Assembly (NCBI GenBank): GCA_965235115.1
Contig: OZ249436.1
Location: forward strand, 25,732,001 to 25,796,000
Length of the DNA stretch: 64,000 bases
Direction: 5' to 3'
Source: Laetmonice hystrix
Lineage: Eukaryota
Part shown: positions 26,006-39,447 of the stretch, in pieces
Layout of the letters: the number at the start of each line of letters is the position of its first letter
How positions within the stretch are numbered: the first letter of the stretch is position 1
Notes under the pieces: generated by a model
Seen by the model: the letters and a program-made list of their open reading frames with translations, nothing else
What the model was told of the DNA's origin: nothing
Database searches by the model: none
Made by a program: the position numbers and the translations under genes

Positions 26006-28959
26006 TGTGATATGAAAATTGGACCCCCCCATATTATGGACCCCCGGTCCATATTTCATAGCGACATTTGGACCCCCCGGTCCATATTTCACTATGAAAT
26101 ATGGACTCCCCCATGAAATATGGTCCCCTTCGGTTTTTTGTTCATTTCATGAACAGTGATCAATCAACCACGGGAAAGCATTATTGGGGTTGAGATGACA
26201 ATGAGCAAGGCGTTGATTGCGGCACGTGCCTCAAGTTTGGTCAGCAGCTACCGCGCACCGTACCTATACAATGGTCGTATGGTCAGTGGCGGATCTAAGG
26301 GTTGGGGGGAGGGGGGTTGCAAAATGGAGCAAAAAAAAACTAGACAACAGGCTAGCTGGGCGGCATGCTTCCGTAGCCTTTTCAGGACACCTTCACTCAA
26401 ACATCACCCCCCCCCCCCTTTTTCTGAAAGCTAGATCCGCGCGCCCCTGATGGCTCCATTAACATTACCGTTAACTCAATTAAGTTCCATAACACCCACC
26501 TCTTGCACGTCTTGTCATAATAATGCTGTACTCTAGGGTTTGAACTACTGTTTTTTAAAGGAAAATAACAACTTAAAATGTAACGTTGAAGGTTCATAGG
26601 ATAATCCGAAGCAATTTCTTTATGGTCATGTTAGTCGGAATATAGATATGGAAGCCTCTCATTGGGGGCATTTTCACTAGGTGACTGTGCACACACATCC
26701 CTGCCAATCTCTCAGTGAGCTGGTAGAAATATGGGTACCTCTCATTCTTCAAGGGGGGGGGGTCCATATTACATTATGGAATTTGGACTCCCTCCCCACA
26801 ATCTCTAGGTGACTATGGAACCCCTCCCTCCAATCTCTCAGTGAGCTGGTAGAAATATGGGTACACATGTACTTTGTTACGGCATATATTGTCGCCGGCG
26901 AACATTGGCATATTTTCGCCGCCGACAAAATATGCACGGCGACAATATATGCCATAACATACCTCTCATTCTTCAGGGGGGGGGGTCCATATTACACTAT
27001 GAAATTTGGACCCCCCCCCCAATCTCTAGGTGACTATGGACCCCCCCCCCCCCCCCCAATTTCACAGTGAGCTGGTAGAAATATGGGTACCTCTCATTCT
27101 TCAGGTAATATGATGGTAATATAATGGGTGTCCCTATGACCTGTAAAAATCACAACAAATATTTACTCTATAAGTTCTGGATACAATTAATACTCAACCA
27201 AATATTTGCCCTCTATAAATTCTATAGGAAACAACCTAAACCAACTATTGCTTAAATGCAACCTGAGTAAAATTTGTTACCGGTAGTGTGGCACATGGTC
27301 ATGCTTCAATGAATACAGAAACTGTCGGTAATTTACAAGGAATGGAATAACAAAACCTAACTAGTCATGTCGTGGCGAGACCACGATGGATCCCATCCCC
27401 GGGGTGACATGTCCTTTCTGATATTGAGTTTGAGTAGAGTTACGTTCAAGGCAGACACTTCCCGACACATCTGTAATAGGCAGTGGTGTTTGGGAAGTGC
27501 CAGGTAAGGTGTCAAGTTATGACCCTGAGAGAATATTTATGACATCCTTATGACGTCATAGTAACTATGGCTGCATCTTCAACTATTTACAAGTTATAGC
27601 CCAGGGAATATATAGGTGACCTCCTTATGACGTCATAGGTCACGTCACGTACAAAACAATGGTGCCAAATGAAATATCATATATGACTTCCTATTCGTGT
27701 TCAATAGTAACTATGGCCCTATCTGGCACAGTTTACAAGTTATAGCCATGGGAAAATATTGGCGACAATATCAAGATCCCATCCCCTGACGGGGGATGGG
27801 ATAATAAATGTTGACAATAATTGAGTTGGATATTACTATAACAGTGTTCACATGACAAAACTGACTGACATGAGATAAAATAGCTATTTACCTGGCCATG
27901 AGTGGTCACTAGCGCGAGAGGCACGGAGCCGTCCTGCTCTGCCAAAGGTTTGGTGGTGACTGACACCGGTCCCAGATCACCTGATGGTTGTTTAATATTT
28001 TACCACTAGGGGGACATTAGGTTAGTACTAAAATTTAACACCAGTCTTTTAGGCAAGACCACTAAACTCTATATTAGGCCAAGCAAATTTCAGAGCTACA
28101 TGGCTACATCATTCTTGGGAGAGGGGTGTCCATATTACACTCTGAAATAAAGACCCCCCCCCCAATCTCACAGTGAGCTGGTAGAAAATATGTGGGTAGC
28201 CTACTTTGTTACGGCATATATTGTCGCTGTGCATAGCCTATATTGTCGCCGGCGAACATGGGCATATTGTCGCCGCCGACAAAATATGCACGGAGACAAT
28301 ATATGCCGTAACATACCTCTCATTCTTCAGGGGGGGGCAATATTACACTATGAAATTTGGACCCCCCCCCCATCTCTAGGTGACTATGGACCCCCCCCCC
28401 CCCCCCCAATTTCACAGTGAGCTGGTATGAATATTGAACCCTCTCATTTTGGGGGGGGGGGGAGTCCATATTACACTATGAAATATAGACACCCCCCCCC
28501 CCTCAATCTCGCAGTGAGCTGGTATGAATATGGTACCCTCTCATTCTTCGGGGGGGGGGGGGTTCATATTACACTATTTAAATTCGACCCACATCCCGGA
28601 AAAATAGAGGGATAACTTCATATGCTACTCAAAGCTAGTAATATAATATAGCTCCTTTAACACATTTATACTCTCATTAATTCAGGACCCAGCTGCCATA
28701 AACAATGTTGGATGAGTGGTGGGAGTCCAGGCTTAGGGCATGATGTAGGCCTAAATCCTAGGCCTACTAATAAACAACTTTTTTATGGAAACTGACAGAA
28801 ATGATTGTTTTGTATAATATTGCTAGTTTGGCAAGTCACTGTATATAAAATAGAGGCAAAACGGAGGGGGGTCCATATCGTATGGGGGGAGTCCATATTT
28901 CACTGTGAAATATGGACCGGGGGTCGATATATTATGGGGGGTCCATTTTGCATCTCACA
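26006..28959 (-). mobile_element. Ginger1-like non-autonomous DNA transposon, copy 2 (inverted relative to copy 1)
   Basis: TGTGA...TCACA; CCGG at 26002-26005 and 28960-28963. The empty site GGGTGCCGGTAGGACGGG is preserved in the adjacent tandem duplicate at about 25925-25942. Confidence 0.8.
27360..27806 (-). mobile_element. Compact, complete stand-alone Helentron (HINE), about 447 bp
   Basis: Head hairpin at 27776-27806, about two degenerate monomers, tail GGGGATGGGAT-cca-TCGTGG tctcg CCACGA-catga-CTAGT; flanked by T on each side with no TSD. Confidence 0.85.
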
Positions 28960-31900
28960 CCGGTAGGACGGGCTATCGAGCGCTGCCACGCCGGCCTCGG
29001 CTACCCTTCAGCCCGTAGACCTCTTCCACTATTTTTCCACTTTTTAGTGGAACGCAGCCGTAGGTTAACAGTCTAGCAAAATAGTGGAATACGGGCAAAA
29101 CGGCTGCTTGTTGTTGATTGGTCCAAAATCATTTGGGTCAATGAACCAGTGATAGGAATCCAAGCTCCCTTTAATCGTGTGTGAAGACGCAATCGGCGAG
29201 AAACTTTAAAGATGATACCGAATTTAGCTGTATTTCCACCCGATTTGCGAAATATTTTAACGCCAGTTGTTTAATGCGCTGTCTTGGCGCCGACATCATG
29301 GCCATTCTATCATGTATCCGTTCAGCACGGTGTTTTACCGCTAGTCGGTGTAACGCTATGGAGAAGTGGCGCTGTGGTCGTTAATGACCGGAGCATGGCA
29401 GGGTTACCACACAGACGTTGCATCAACGACCCCCCCCCCCCCCCCTTGTCTCCCTCTGCCGGATAACTGTTATGCCCAGAGCCGAGGTTAGTCCCTATTT
29501 CAAGTGTTGGGGTGATCACCTGTACAGGTGTTATTGGTATTAAAGGTAAACCCCAGGATTCAGGGTGGCAACACATTAGAAGGACTTATAATCCTCAATA
29601 GGTTTATGGGACGAGGAAAAGGCCATTGTTTGCAAAAATGTAGATTTACATTTTCCACTTATTTTTCAAAGTGCGAGTGGCAACTCTGAGTTAAGAGAAG
29701 AACGTGAAGACAGGTGACGAATTTGACCATTCTCTAAGTGGACTACTGACCTACCTTTTGACCCCCACCATCTGGCAACAGCTTGGGAACATTCAGTCTT
29801 TCCCCAAAGTCCCCCTCACATTTGCTCCATAAAATAATCATTTCATTCAATGATATTTAGTCTACAGGAAGCCTAATCTGTCCTCTTTCAGAGAATATAA
29901 AATTCACTTATGGGAAAGCTATATTTATTATGTAAAAAATGTGTTTTAAACAAAGGTTTTATGCGGCAGAGACGCGTGTCCACACGCACGGGGCGCTCAG
30001 TGGGGCCTGCAGACAGGTACCGCTGCTTGGCTCCCACTGGAGTGGCACACACAGGCAGTGCAATGCTGGTGTGTAGGGGCACACAGTCCATACACACAGA
30101 AGGAGGCTGACCGACCCCCGCCCACAGGCGAGGGAAGTGCACCCCCACATACACACACAGCGGGGGCAGGCTGACCAGTGATCACCGACATGTACACTAT
30201 TCATCTCATTGGATGAAAGTGACGTCAGCGCCTAAGTTCCTCCTAGCCGGTCACCTATGGGACCTATAACTTCCCAGCTTAAGAAATAGGGGAGTGAAGT
30301 GCGCCTCGATATGCCTGAAACTGGTGTCAGCCGGGGTCAGGTGTGGAGAGGAATTAGCTACTGAATCACTCCGTTCCTCACTAGGAATCGGAATAAAGCG
30401 TGGACATTGGATTTACTTCAATGCAAATGTTTGGGGTTTGGTTTGTAGCCTCTCAAGGCCAGCGAAAACGCTCTGCTACCCCCAGCTAGCTTACCTTTAC
30501 ATTGGATTATACGGTGGAGAACGACTTAACAGTAACTTAACATCTAAGCTACCGCGCGCTAGAGAATAACATTTCACTCTCACAACAACTTCCACACAAA
30601 CACTCGAAACTACACGAACTACGACAACAAACACACACAACTAAAATCACCCCAACACACTTGCACGCTCTGACAATATAGCGGAAGGGAGTAGGCCTAT
30701 GGGGGTCCGAGACAGAGGGTCTGTTCCGACTACATACGTTCGAACGGCTAACATCAGCTAGATATGTCTGAAGAAATGGTACAGGAACAGGGTCGCCTTA
30801 TGAGAAATAATGAATATCTGGTTTTTAAGAGTCTTTACAGAAGAGATCCATAAATGGGGTTAAAGAAAACCGGCGGTTTATAGTTAGACCCGGTACAACT
30901 GTCGGTTTATTTCCATTACTTCTAAAAAAAACACACGCGTCGCACGCGTCCAGTGAGGATCCAGCTTAACACGCGTAGACAAGGGGGGGGGGATTTTACC
31001 ACTTGTCTACGCCCCTGTCTTAGGGACCATTTCGACGCCCTGGACCCCTGCCGACACGCGCCTGAAATACTTTGAGAAACTTCACATCTATCTCCAGAAA
31101 TAGCGTTTTTTTATCTTCTAAATTCAAGTGCCCCCCCCCCCCCCCCGCCAACGTTCACCTCGCACCTTTGGTGCCCCTCCTTTCGTTCAGTGCTGGATCT
31201 GTGCCTGCATGAAAGGAAGAGCATGACGTATGAGGTTATAATGATGTTAACATTATTTTCTTAAGCCTATAACTCGTAAACGGTGCAAGATAGACCATTG
31301 TTACTATTGAACAGGAATTGGAAACCATATATCGGGTGGATAAAAAAAACGCCCCGAAATTTAACCTTCAATATATCAAAAAGTAATGATTGTAATTCAA
31401 TGAAATTTTTCTTACTATCACTTCATGATGTTGTCTCTTAGTTGTTAATGTTACAACTCAATAGCTTGGATAATATTTCCGTAGCGCTAAAAACAAAAAT
31501 CATTGTACAAAAGGGCAGTGCCGGGCTTAAAGCGAGTTGTAGTTGCACCCAGAGTCCCTGGCCTCACACTAGAGTAGGTGGTCAATCGGTATGACGTTTG
31601 AAGTATGACGTCATATGACGTCATGTCATGACATCATGACGTAAATTGTGTTTTGTGCAGTGAGGCCCATTTTCTAAGCTCATATTGGGAATTTCAAAAA
31701 CGCTTCATGTCAATATAATCAGGCAAGGGTGTTGCCTAAATCTGACCCTTGATTTGACCTTTGACCTTTACGCTTAGGAAGAACTGGGTCAGAGGTCACA
31801 AATCGGTTAAATTGATTCTTCTTCCCCATTTTTTGGTGAAATTTGACAATATCTGGTAGAAACATTCTCCAATGAAAGCTCCACAAACTGGTGCATCGAT

Positions 31901-32355
31901 AAGAAATTTGACCTATTTTTCCAGCAGTTTTTTTTAAGTAAACAGAAGAATCCATAGTGATGGTCATGTTTGAGATCTAAACATAATTTCCTACAACCTC
32001 AAGCTACCTACGCTGGCGGCCATTCCCAATCCTTGTCACCGTAATATAAAACAAGAGTTCTAATTGGTCAGATTTGATGGCTGTTCTAAGAAAACTCCGC
32101 ACCCCTCCCATATTATCATTTGACCTTCCCTCTGGAATCACTGCTTATGGGGTGGATGAACTTTACCTGGAACAGCCTCAGTTGAGTCGAAGCCTCGCTT
32201 CCAGCTAGCAGTGCGGTTATCCAATTCTAAGGTAACGCTAATCGAGGTGATAACTCACGCTAACGACGCCCAGCGTGGTATAACATTAGCTAACGTACAC
32301 TGTCGTCTACCATCTAAGTAAGAACTTAACCATTTAAGAGGAGTACCTGATATTC

Positions 32356-34200
32356 CTAATAGTTCCATCTTGGATTTAAGATCGAATGATCAACAGTATC
32401 AAAAGCTTTACGAAAATCAATAAAGGCGGTTATAGTACATTTCGAATTATTTATATTCAGAAAAACATCATCAGTAAAATCGGCAATAGTGCCGGTGGTC
32501 GAGTGGCCTTTCCTAAAGCCTCCTAGGATTAAGTAAATGGTTCTCCTCAAGGTAAGCAGAAATACGAGAATGTACTATTCTTTCCAGTATCTTGCCAGGG
32601 AGAGGAAGTAGAGAGATGGGCCTGTAATTATTGACATCAGATGAGTCACCACCCTTATACAGAGGAATAACCTTAGCTACCTTCCATGTATCCGGAAACA
32701 TGCCGCTAGTTAAAGATAAGTTAAAAAGTCTCGTGATAATCTCAGGTATTGCCAAAAATGCATCCTTAAGCACTCTTGATGACAGATTATCAATTGCCGA
32801 CGATTTATGGCAGGCAATATCATTACATAATTTGATGACTTCTGACACAGTAGTCGTCATGGTATTAAATACTAAGTTCGATTTGATGGCATTGGTAAAC
32901 CATGGATTATTGAATTTTGCAGCTAGGGAAGGCCCAATTGAAGCAAAAAAATTATTGATGTAATCAGCTACATTGGCCGAGGGAATTGGTTCTTTTGTCT
33001 CATGAGAGATTAAGTTAATTAATTTGCCACTGGCTGATTTAGGTACCAATAAGCTGATATCTTCCCAGAATTTCTTAGCATTATTTTCATGTTTATTAAG
33101 ACAGTCCTTGATGAAATCAGCCTTGGCTAACCTGACCGCGTGTTTAACCTCATTTTTTAATGCTCTAGCGTGCACCCAGTCTTCGTGAAGATTGGTCCGT
33201 TTTGCCCGAGCTCTGACATGATCCTTATCTTGAATCAATTCGGATCGGATCTTTTGATACCCAAGGATCGCCTTTATCCTTAATCCTAATAACTTTCAAA
33301 GGACAGTGTACATACATCAATGACTTGTCTAATATTCGTAATTATAATATCCCAAAAGTAGTTAACATCAGTTACATCGTCTAGTAAATGCCAATCCAAG
33401 CTTCTTAGATCAAGCTGAAGGTTTGCCTTGTCATAATTCACATACGACCGACCATATGAGCAAACAATGTTAAAACGCTCTTTACATTTCTTCCTGTTAA
33501 TGTATACGCTGATATTCCAATGTTTCACTCCGAATTCTTTAATGACATTCGAGTTAGTAAATATTAGGTCAATAGCACTGTTTTTGGAGCCATATCTTGT
33601 TGGCTCATTAATGAGTTGTTTCAATCCTGTAAGTGATTCAAATTCTTTCAAGTATTTTCTATCCGGAGAACTCAAATTTAAATAATCAATATTAAAGTCA
33701 CCCAAAATGAAAACTTCTACTTTTTCTTCGGAGCATATCTGATTAACCCTCTCCTTAAGTAATGTGCACAGTAAATTCATTCAAGTTACCACTAGGTGGG
33801 CGATATAGGATGCATAAGGCTAATTTTTTTTATGTGGATTTGAGACTTTAAGCCAAAGAAGTTCTCCACAGTTAGAGCTAATATTATGAACCTCATAATC
33901 CTTAAGAGAATAATGGACGTTAGTTTTAATATATACAGCGATTCCGCCACCTTTCTTCGTAGCATTACTGCTATTGCAGGACCAAGACCTGTCTAATCTT
34001 ATAGGATTATAACCTTCAAAATCAAGAAGCTCATCAGGAAAGTCTTCGGTCAACCAAGTTTCCGATAAAGTAAATACTTCGTAATCAGAATTCTTAATAG
34101 GGTGCTTAAAAATATCTATCTTATTTCTTACACTCTGGCAATTCAAATGGGCAATATAAAACCCCCTGCCTCTTAGTTTAGCATTGTCAGATAAACACAT
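32356..34200 (-). pseudogene. CR1/L2-type non-LTR retrotransposon ORF2 (APE endonuclease and N-terminal RT), frameshifted and 3'-truncated
   Basis: HLNCQS, LSETWL, GGGIAVY, GDFNID and IDLIF (APE); WKVAKVIPLYK, NYRPISLL, GFRKGHST and DFRKAFDTVDHSIL (RT), spread over four ORF fragments. Confidence 0.9.
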
Positions 34201-34217
34201 CGGCTGTGTCAGGGTAA

Positions 34218-35540
34218 GATATATAAGTCACACAGGAGGTACGACCTATTGCCGACTTCTGACAACCACTGGTCGGTAGTTGGTTGTCAGAGGTTGTATA
34301 CAGGTTTCTGGCAGTCTGTAAAAGGTTACCAGTGTTTGGTAAGTGGTTGTTGGAGCATTTTGGTCGGCTGGAGGTTTATGCTGCTGCATCAAAAACCTTC
34401 TGCTGACCAAACTGGTCGGGAAAAGGATTTTCTTGTCTTTAATCGTTTGTCCGATCCTGGGCGACATTTCTCAGACTGGTCTCAGACTGTCTGCCGGCAC
34501 TTGCCGAGCAGTTTTTGGTCGGCAAACCCTAGCAACTGACCGGCAATCAGTTGGCAAAATATACACGAGCAATCGCCGACCATTGGCCAACCAACAACAA
34601 TACCCGCTGATCTGTCGTCTACCGTTCGTGGACCACTTGACAGGACAGTATAAATTGGTGCGCACAGCAGTGGACAATCATTCCCTCTTCACCTTGCATG
34701 AAAGACGACCTGTCTGCTCTTTCACATCCAAAATACTAAAACCATGCCCTAGGGAGTCTCCACGAAGGCGAGGGGCAAGGGTAAGAGAGCTAGACGAGCC
34801 CAGACAGACAATAACAGTGATGGCAGCCTGATGCCCATGCCCAAACAAGTGGCAAGTGAGGACGAGGAAGAGAGGGAAGAGCCCCTGGTGATGGAGACTA
34901 AAGGTGGTCCCCATCAAACCACAGAGTCAGAGGAGATCCCAGCCTCTCCAGCAGTCCCAGGCTCAGAAACCAGCAAGAAAGACGACCTGCCGTTTTTAGT
35001 CTGCTCTTTCACATCCAAAATCCATGGCCTCATCCAGAACTGTCGCTGTCTTCTCTTTCTTCTTCTCTGGTACAACAGAAGAGCCAATGCAGCAGCGTCA
35101 TTTTCCTCTTCGTGTTGCAGCATCAATCCCAGCATCTGGAGTTGTCTTGGTTGAAATGGCAGAACCATGTTGGGATGTTTCGTCTTTAACAGTTTGTAGA
35201 ATACTAAGCTCCAGGCAGCCCCATATTTATACCCCCTATAGTACTCTTTGAGAGACTGCCGAGCGCCGTACGAACATCGGCAGCTAATCTGCAACAAGTT
35301 GTTCATTATCGCCGATCAGTTGCCAACAAGTGGTTGCCCATCAGTCTTCAATAATTTTCATTGAACGGACAATTTTCGTACGACACTCGGGAACCTGTCG
35401 TACTATCGATCGGCAACTACTCGCCCAATTAAATTTATGGCAAGTTTGAGGATTTTGGTCGGCAGTGGTTGTCGTTGTTCGCAGCTTTTTTTGATTGCCA
35501 GAGGTCGGCAGTTGCTCGTATCTCTTGTGTGACTGGGGTC
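34218..35540. mobile_element. Internally deleted Harbinger-like transposon
   Basis: Imperfect TIRs (AGTCACACAGGAGGTACGACCTATTGCCGAC vs reverse complement AGTCACACAAGAGATACGAGCAACTGCCGAC); minus-strand remnant RRRKRRQRQFWMRPWI resembles a Harbinger transposase N-terminus. TSD not resolved. Confidence 0.6.
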
Positions 35541-36836
35541 TTAGGTGTCTTCTGGTAATCCCACAAGGTGCCACTGCTGGCAAGTCAGCTGAGAGTTTGT
35601 TGTAGAGAATAAGGCATACACGGATGTCAAGTGTTAGTCTCTCCCTTTGATAAAAGAGATTTTTTTTTTTTTTTGACAATCCACAGCCGATACTAGGCCT
35701 ATTGCTGTGTCAGCAGTAGCACAATCCACCACACGGATAATGCTGCCTGACCAAACACCAATACCATTGCTAGAACTCTGCCAGCAACAGCTGGCAGAAA
35801 CATTAACGGTGTCTTAGAAAACAACTGGAAACGGAATGCTCAACTCAACGAGTTTGAACAAATCACTTATCCAGACGTCTCATACAGATGACCAACCCAA
35901 TCGGGTGGGGATCGCACATAGAGACGTACATGAACAAATTGACAAAATAGCGGCAGAACTCTTGTCCACCAATTTCAGGCCCACTGTAAGCGCAAATCCA
36001 ACAACGCATTCAGTGACCCCACACCCACCCACTGAACCCATACCTGGCCCGAGCAACGGACAGGACATGTCCCCCAGTGGGTGAACCAACGAGACAGATC
36101 GGACAGACTGAACGAATTGAACCCACGATCACCGACAACAGCCCGAATCCGACTGCCACCGAATCGGAAAAAAGGAAAAAATGGTCATACAGTGACGTGA
36201 TAAGGAGTCATCCGCCAATGACCCTGACTCCACGCACCCCTTTGCCCCAGCGACCGCCGAGGCAAACCAAAAACAATATGCGAAATATTAAACGCACAAC
36301 CAACCCAGCCACAAAGAACCCTCTCACCCCGCCAGTTGCTAAAAAGACCCCTGTAATTCATAAACCCATCAAAGGGGGCCAATGTCCTGACGTTCCGAAA
36401 AGCTCGGGAACGACGGCGGATCCTACCACATAGTACAGTCACGCAAGAAAGGATCAAATGGCAAAAAGATAATTTCAGACGCCGAACTTATCAGTACCCA
36501 TGTAGCTGATAATATCAGTGATGCTATCAGGACTCTACCGAAAAGGGTAGTCTCCCGCCTCAACGGAGCTGAACCCATTGATATACATGTCTCACCGTAG
36601 GTCTATATCGATCTGTTCATTTCCAGGGGAATGACGAGGAAGCCCCAGTACGCCTCCCAGACTCAACGGCGGTCATATGGAAGCAGGCAAAGACGTGCCT
36701 GATGGCAGCCATAAGGGCAGATGTAAGAACGGATTGGCTGGCCACACTAAATGAGTCCGGCACGGCCACCCTCTGGGGAGCAGGCAAGGCCGACCTGCCA
36801 CAATACGTCGCAGGAGACGAAGAGCTCATGAGCCAG

Positions 36837-37389
36837 GGGGGTGTTTCACTAACGTTTACTTGTCCGACCGGGTCGGACCATCCGTCGCTTGAAAAGTCGG
36901 ACATGCAACGGACAGTGTCCAAAAAGTGTTTCACTAATCTCATCCTACCGTGGTCCGACGGAGTCGGAATGTCCGACTGTCTAATTGGGTCAATCTGGCA
37001 CAGCGAATTGCTTGCAGCATATCGGTTCACTTGTAAAAAACCAATGTCTGTGAATGCTATAATTATCAGATTCATCTAATAAGGGTACGAATACAAACAT
37101 GAAAACATTCATGCCAGGAGGAGTGCACTTTAAACATTAGTAATGACGACGGAATTTCGCAAATTGGCTGCCAAAGTTGACATGTCGAGAATCAAACAGT
37201 AGTTGGTCCGCCATGTTTTTTGGTCCGACCGCCGTGTAGCACAACTCCCGAGTAGTCCTAGAAAGTCGGACAGTCCGACCGGGTCGGACAGTTTAGTGAA
37301 ACACTTTTTTAAAACACAGACGGTCCGACTGGGTCGGACATGGTCCGTCGTTCGGTCGGACTGTCCGTCGCCGTTAGTGAAACACCCCC
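36837..37389. mobile_element. PIF/Harbinger-like MITE with CAG TSD
   Basis: GGGGGTGTTTCACTAACG / CGTTAGTGAAACACCCCC; CAG at 36834-36836 and 37390-37392; internal TGTCCGAC repeats. Confidence 0.85.
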
Positions 37390-37859
37390 CAGATCGCGGG
37401 GGTCCGCCGCGAGTCAGCCAAAGAAGTACAATGGCTCACTAAGGAACACCTCCAAAAGAAAGCCGAGGAAGAGCGAGAGCAGGGAAATACCCTGCTAACC
37501 ACGACAGGGCAACTCTCGGCCAATCACCCGGAGGCCTTCGAGAATGCTATCACCACCACGTGTGGAATGGTCGGTAGGGCCAAGGCCGCCCTCATAAAGG
37601 ACCTATCAATCAAAAGGGACAACCTCGTCAACAGCCAGCTTTCATCTACCCTTTGGGTTGTTTCACGCGCCCAACACCCGCCCAACACCCGCAGACCCAG
37701 CGACAGCACAACACTCAGCTCTCACAACGCGAGTGGGAGCTGGTGCGAGCATTCAGACGGCTGCAGTAGCCAACTCTGGACACTTGCCTAATTACATTAC
37801 AAACAGAAATAACAGTAACGACTGTGACAGCGAATTAAACTCAAATAAAAATTTGAACA

Positions 37860-39190
37860 TGAATGCTGTATTACACTTCCTTTCAGAATACAAGGAAGAA
37901 CGAAAGAATACGGTTGTAAATCCCTCAAAGAGACATCTTACACCCATAGAGGTATCTGTTCTAGCCAAAGGCCTGAACTATTGCCCAACCCCGGGAGAAC
38001 CAGTCTTAGGCGAAAAATACGAAGACTTAGAACGGTTCCACAACAATTTGAGGTGGAAACACCACTTCTCCTCCCTAACCCCAACCATACCAGGTTCCAG
38101 CCTTGAAGAAAAAGAAGAATAAGTAAAGCGCTCAAATATCTTAGACCAAATAGACCAAATACGGGCCCAAAGGCACCCCCAGGGAGTTCTGTTCTAGAGA
38201 CGTTCATTATCCTAAATGAAATCAATCTAATCAATAGCACCACCATCTGCCCCAGAGATAAAAATCTCACCAAAGCAGAGAGAGATGCTATATCCACCTT
38301 AGCCCAGGATAAGGAAATAGTGATCAAACCGGCCGACAAAGGTGGGGCGGTAGTAATCCAAAACACTACAGACTACATAGCTGAAGCTAAATCACAACTG
38401 AACGATAGAAAATATTACACTCAAACGGACCGAGACCTGACCGAGGAGTACACCTCACAGGTCAACCAATACCTCATAGGCCTATACCAGAAAAGGGAAA
38501 TAACCCACAAGGTATTGAAACGCGCAACAACAGAGAAATGGAAAACTCCCCATTCTACATGTTGCCCAAAATACATAAACCTAAGAGACCCCCACCAGGC
38601 CGACCCATAGTATCGGCTAATGGGTGCGCCACTAAGAAAAATTCGGCTCTGGTTGACATAATTCTGAGACCCATCGTACCGAAAACCCGGTCGGTCTCAA
38701 AGACACTGGCCATTTTCTACAGAAACTAGCCAATTACCGCGGTGAAATAACACCGAAGACACTCCTTGTCTCCTTGGATGTTAGTGCACTGTACACTAAC
38801 ATACCAAATGAAGAGGGGAGAAGAGATGCTAGGTGGCTAATCAAACACCGACCGGCAGCCCACATTCGAGAGGGCGAACCGTCTAACATGACGGTACTAA
38901 CCCTGCTGAAAATGGTACTGGAACTGAACAACTTTGATTTCAATGGAGAGCACTTTCTCCAGGTAGGCGGCACCGCGATGGGCACCAGGGTGGCCCCTAC
39001 CCTTGCCAACCTTTTTATGGCTGACTTTGAAGAACGCTTTGTATACATTTACCACACACAACCCGATCTCTGGGGTCGTTTCATAGATGACATTTTCCTT
39101 ATATGGAACTCCGGAGAAGCTGAACTTATGGAATTCATACGACACCTGAACTCGGTACATGATTCCATTAAGTTCACGAAATCTCCAAGA
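37860..39190 (+). pseudogene. Penelope-like element reverse transcriptase, frameshifted, truncated before the GIY-YIG domain
   Basis: VLAKGLNYCPTP, IKPADKGGAVVI, FYMLPKIHK, PGRPIVS, DVSALYTNIP, GTAMGTRVAPTLANLFM and RFIDDIF occur in order across several frames. Confidence 0.9.
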
Positions 39191-39196
39191 ACACAA

Positions 39197-39445
39197 TAGA
39201 GTAGAGAGGGGCAAGGCGCCCCCTTTAAGGGTCAAAGCATTACCAGGCCGTCCCGTTTTATCAGCATGAGTAGTTTTTGTGTGGAAAGAAACATATAAAT
39301 CTTAGCTACTTATTGCTGATATCCTTTAGCTGTATCCTTTTTACAACATTTAAAAAATGAATTATTTCGAATAAAATTGCAAAGGGGCGTCTTGCCCCAT
39401 ACCAGAGGTAAGACGCCCCCCTGGAGGCGTCTTGCCCCACCCGCA
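39197..39445. mobile_element. MITE fragment truncating the Penelope-like RT
   Basis: GGGGCAAGGCGCCCC near the left end and two inverted GGCGTCTTGCCCCA motifs near the right end. Confidence 0.5.
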
Positions 39446-39447
39446 TA

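Noticed and set aside
29400..30960. Possible solo LTR or other retroelement fragment
   Set aside because: An AATAAA and GC-rich patches are present, but I could not define termini, a TSD, a PBS or coding motifs.
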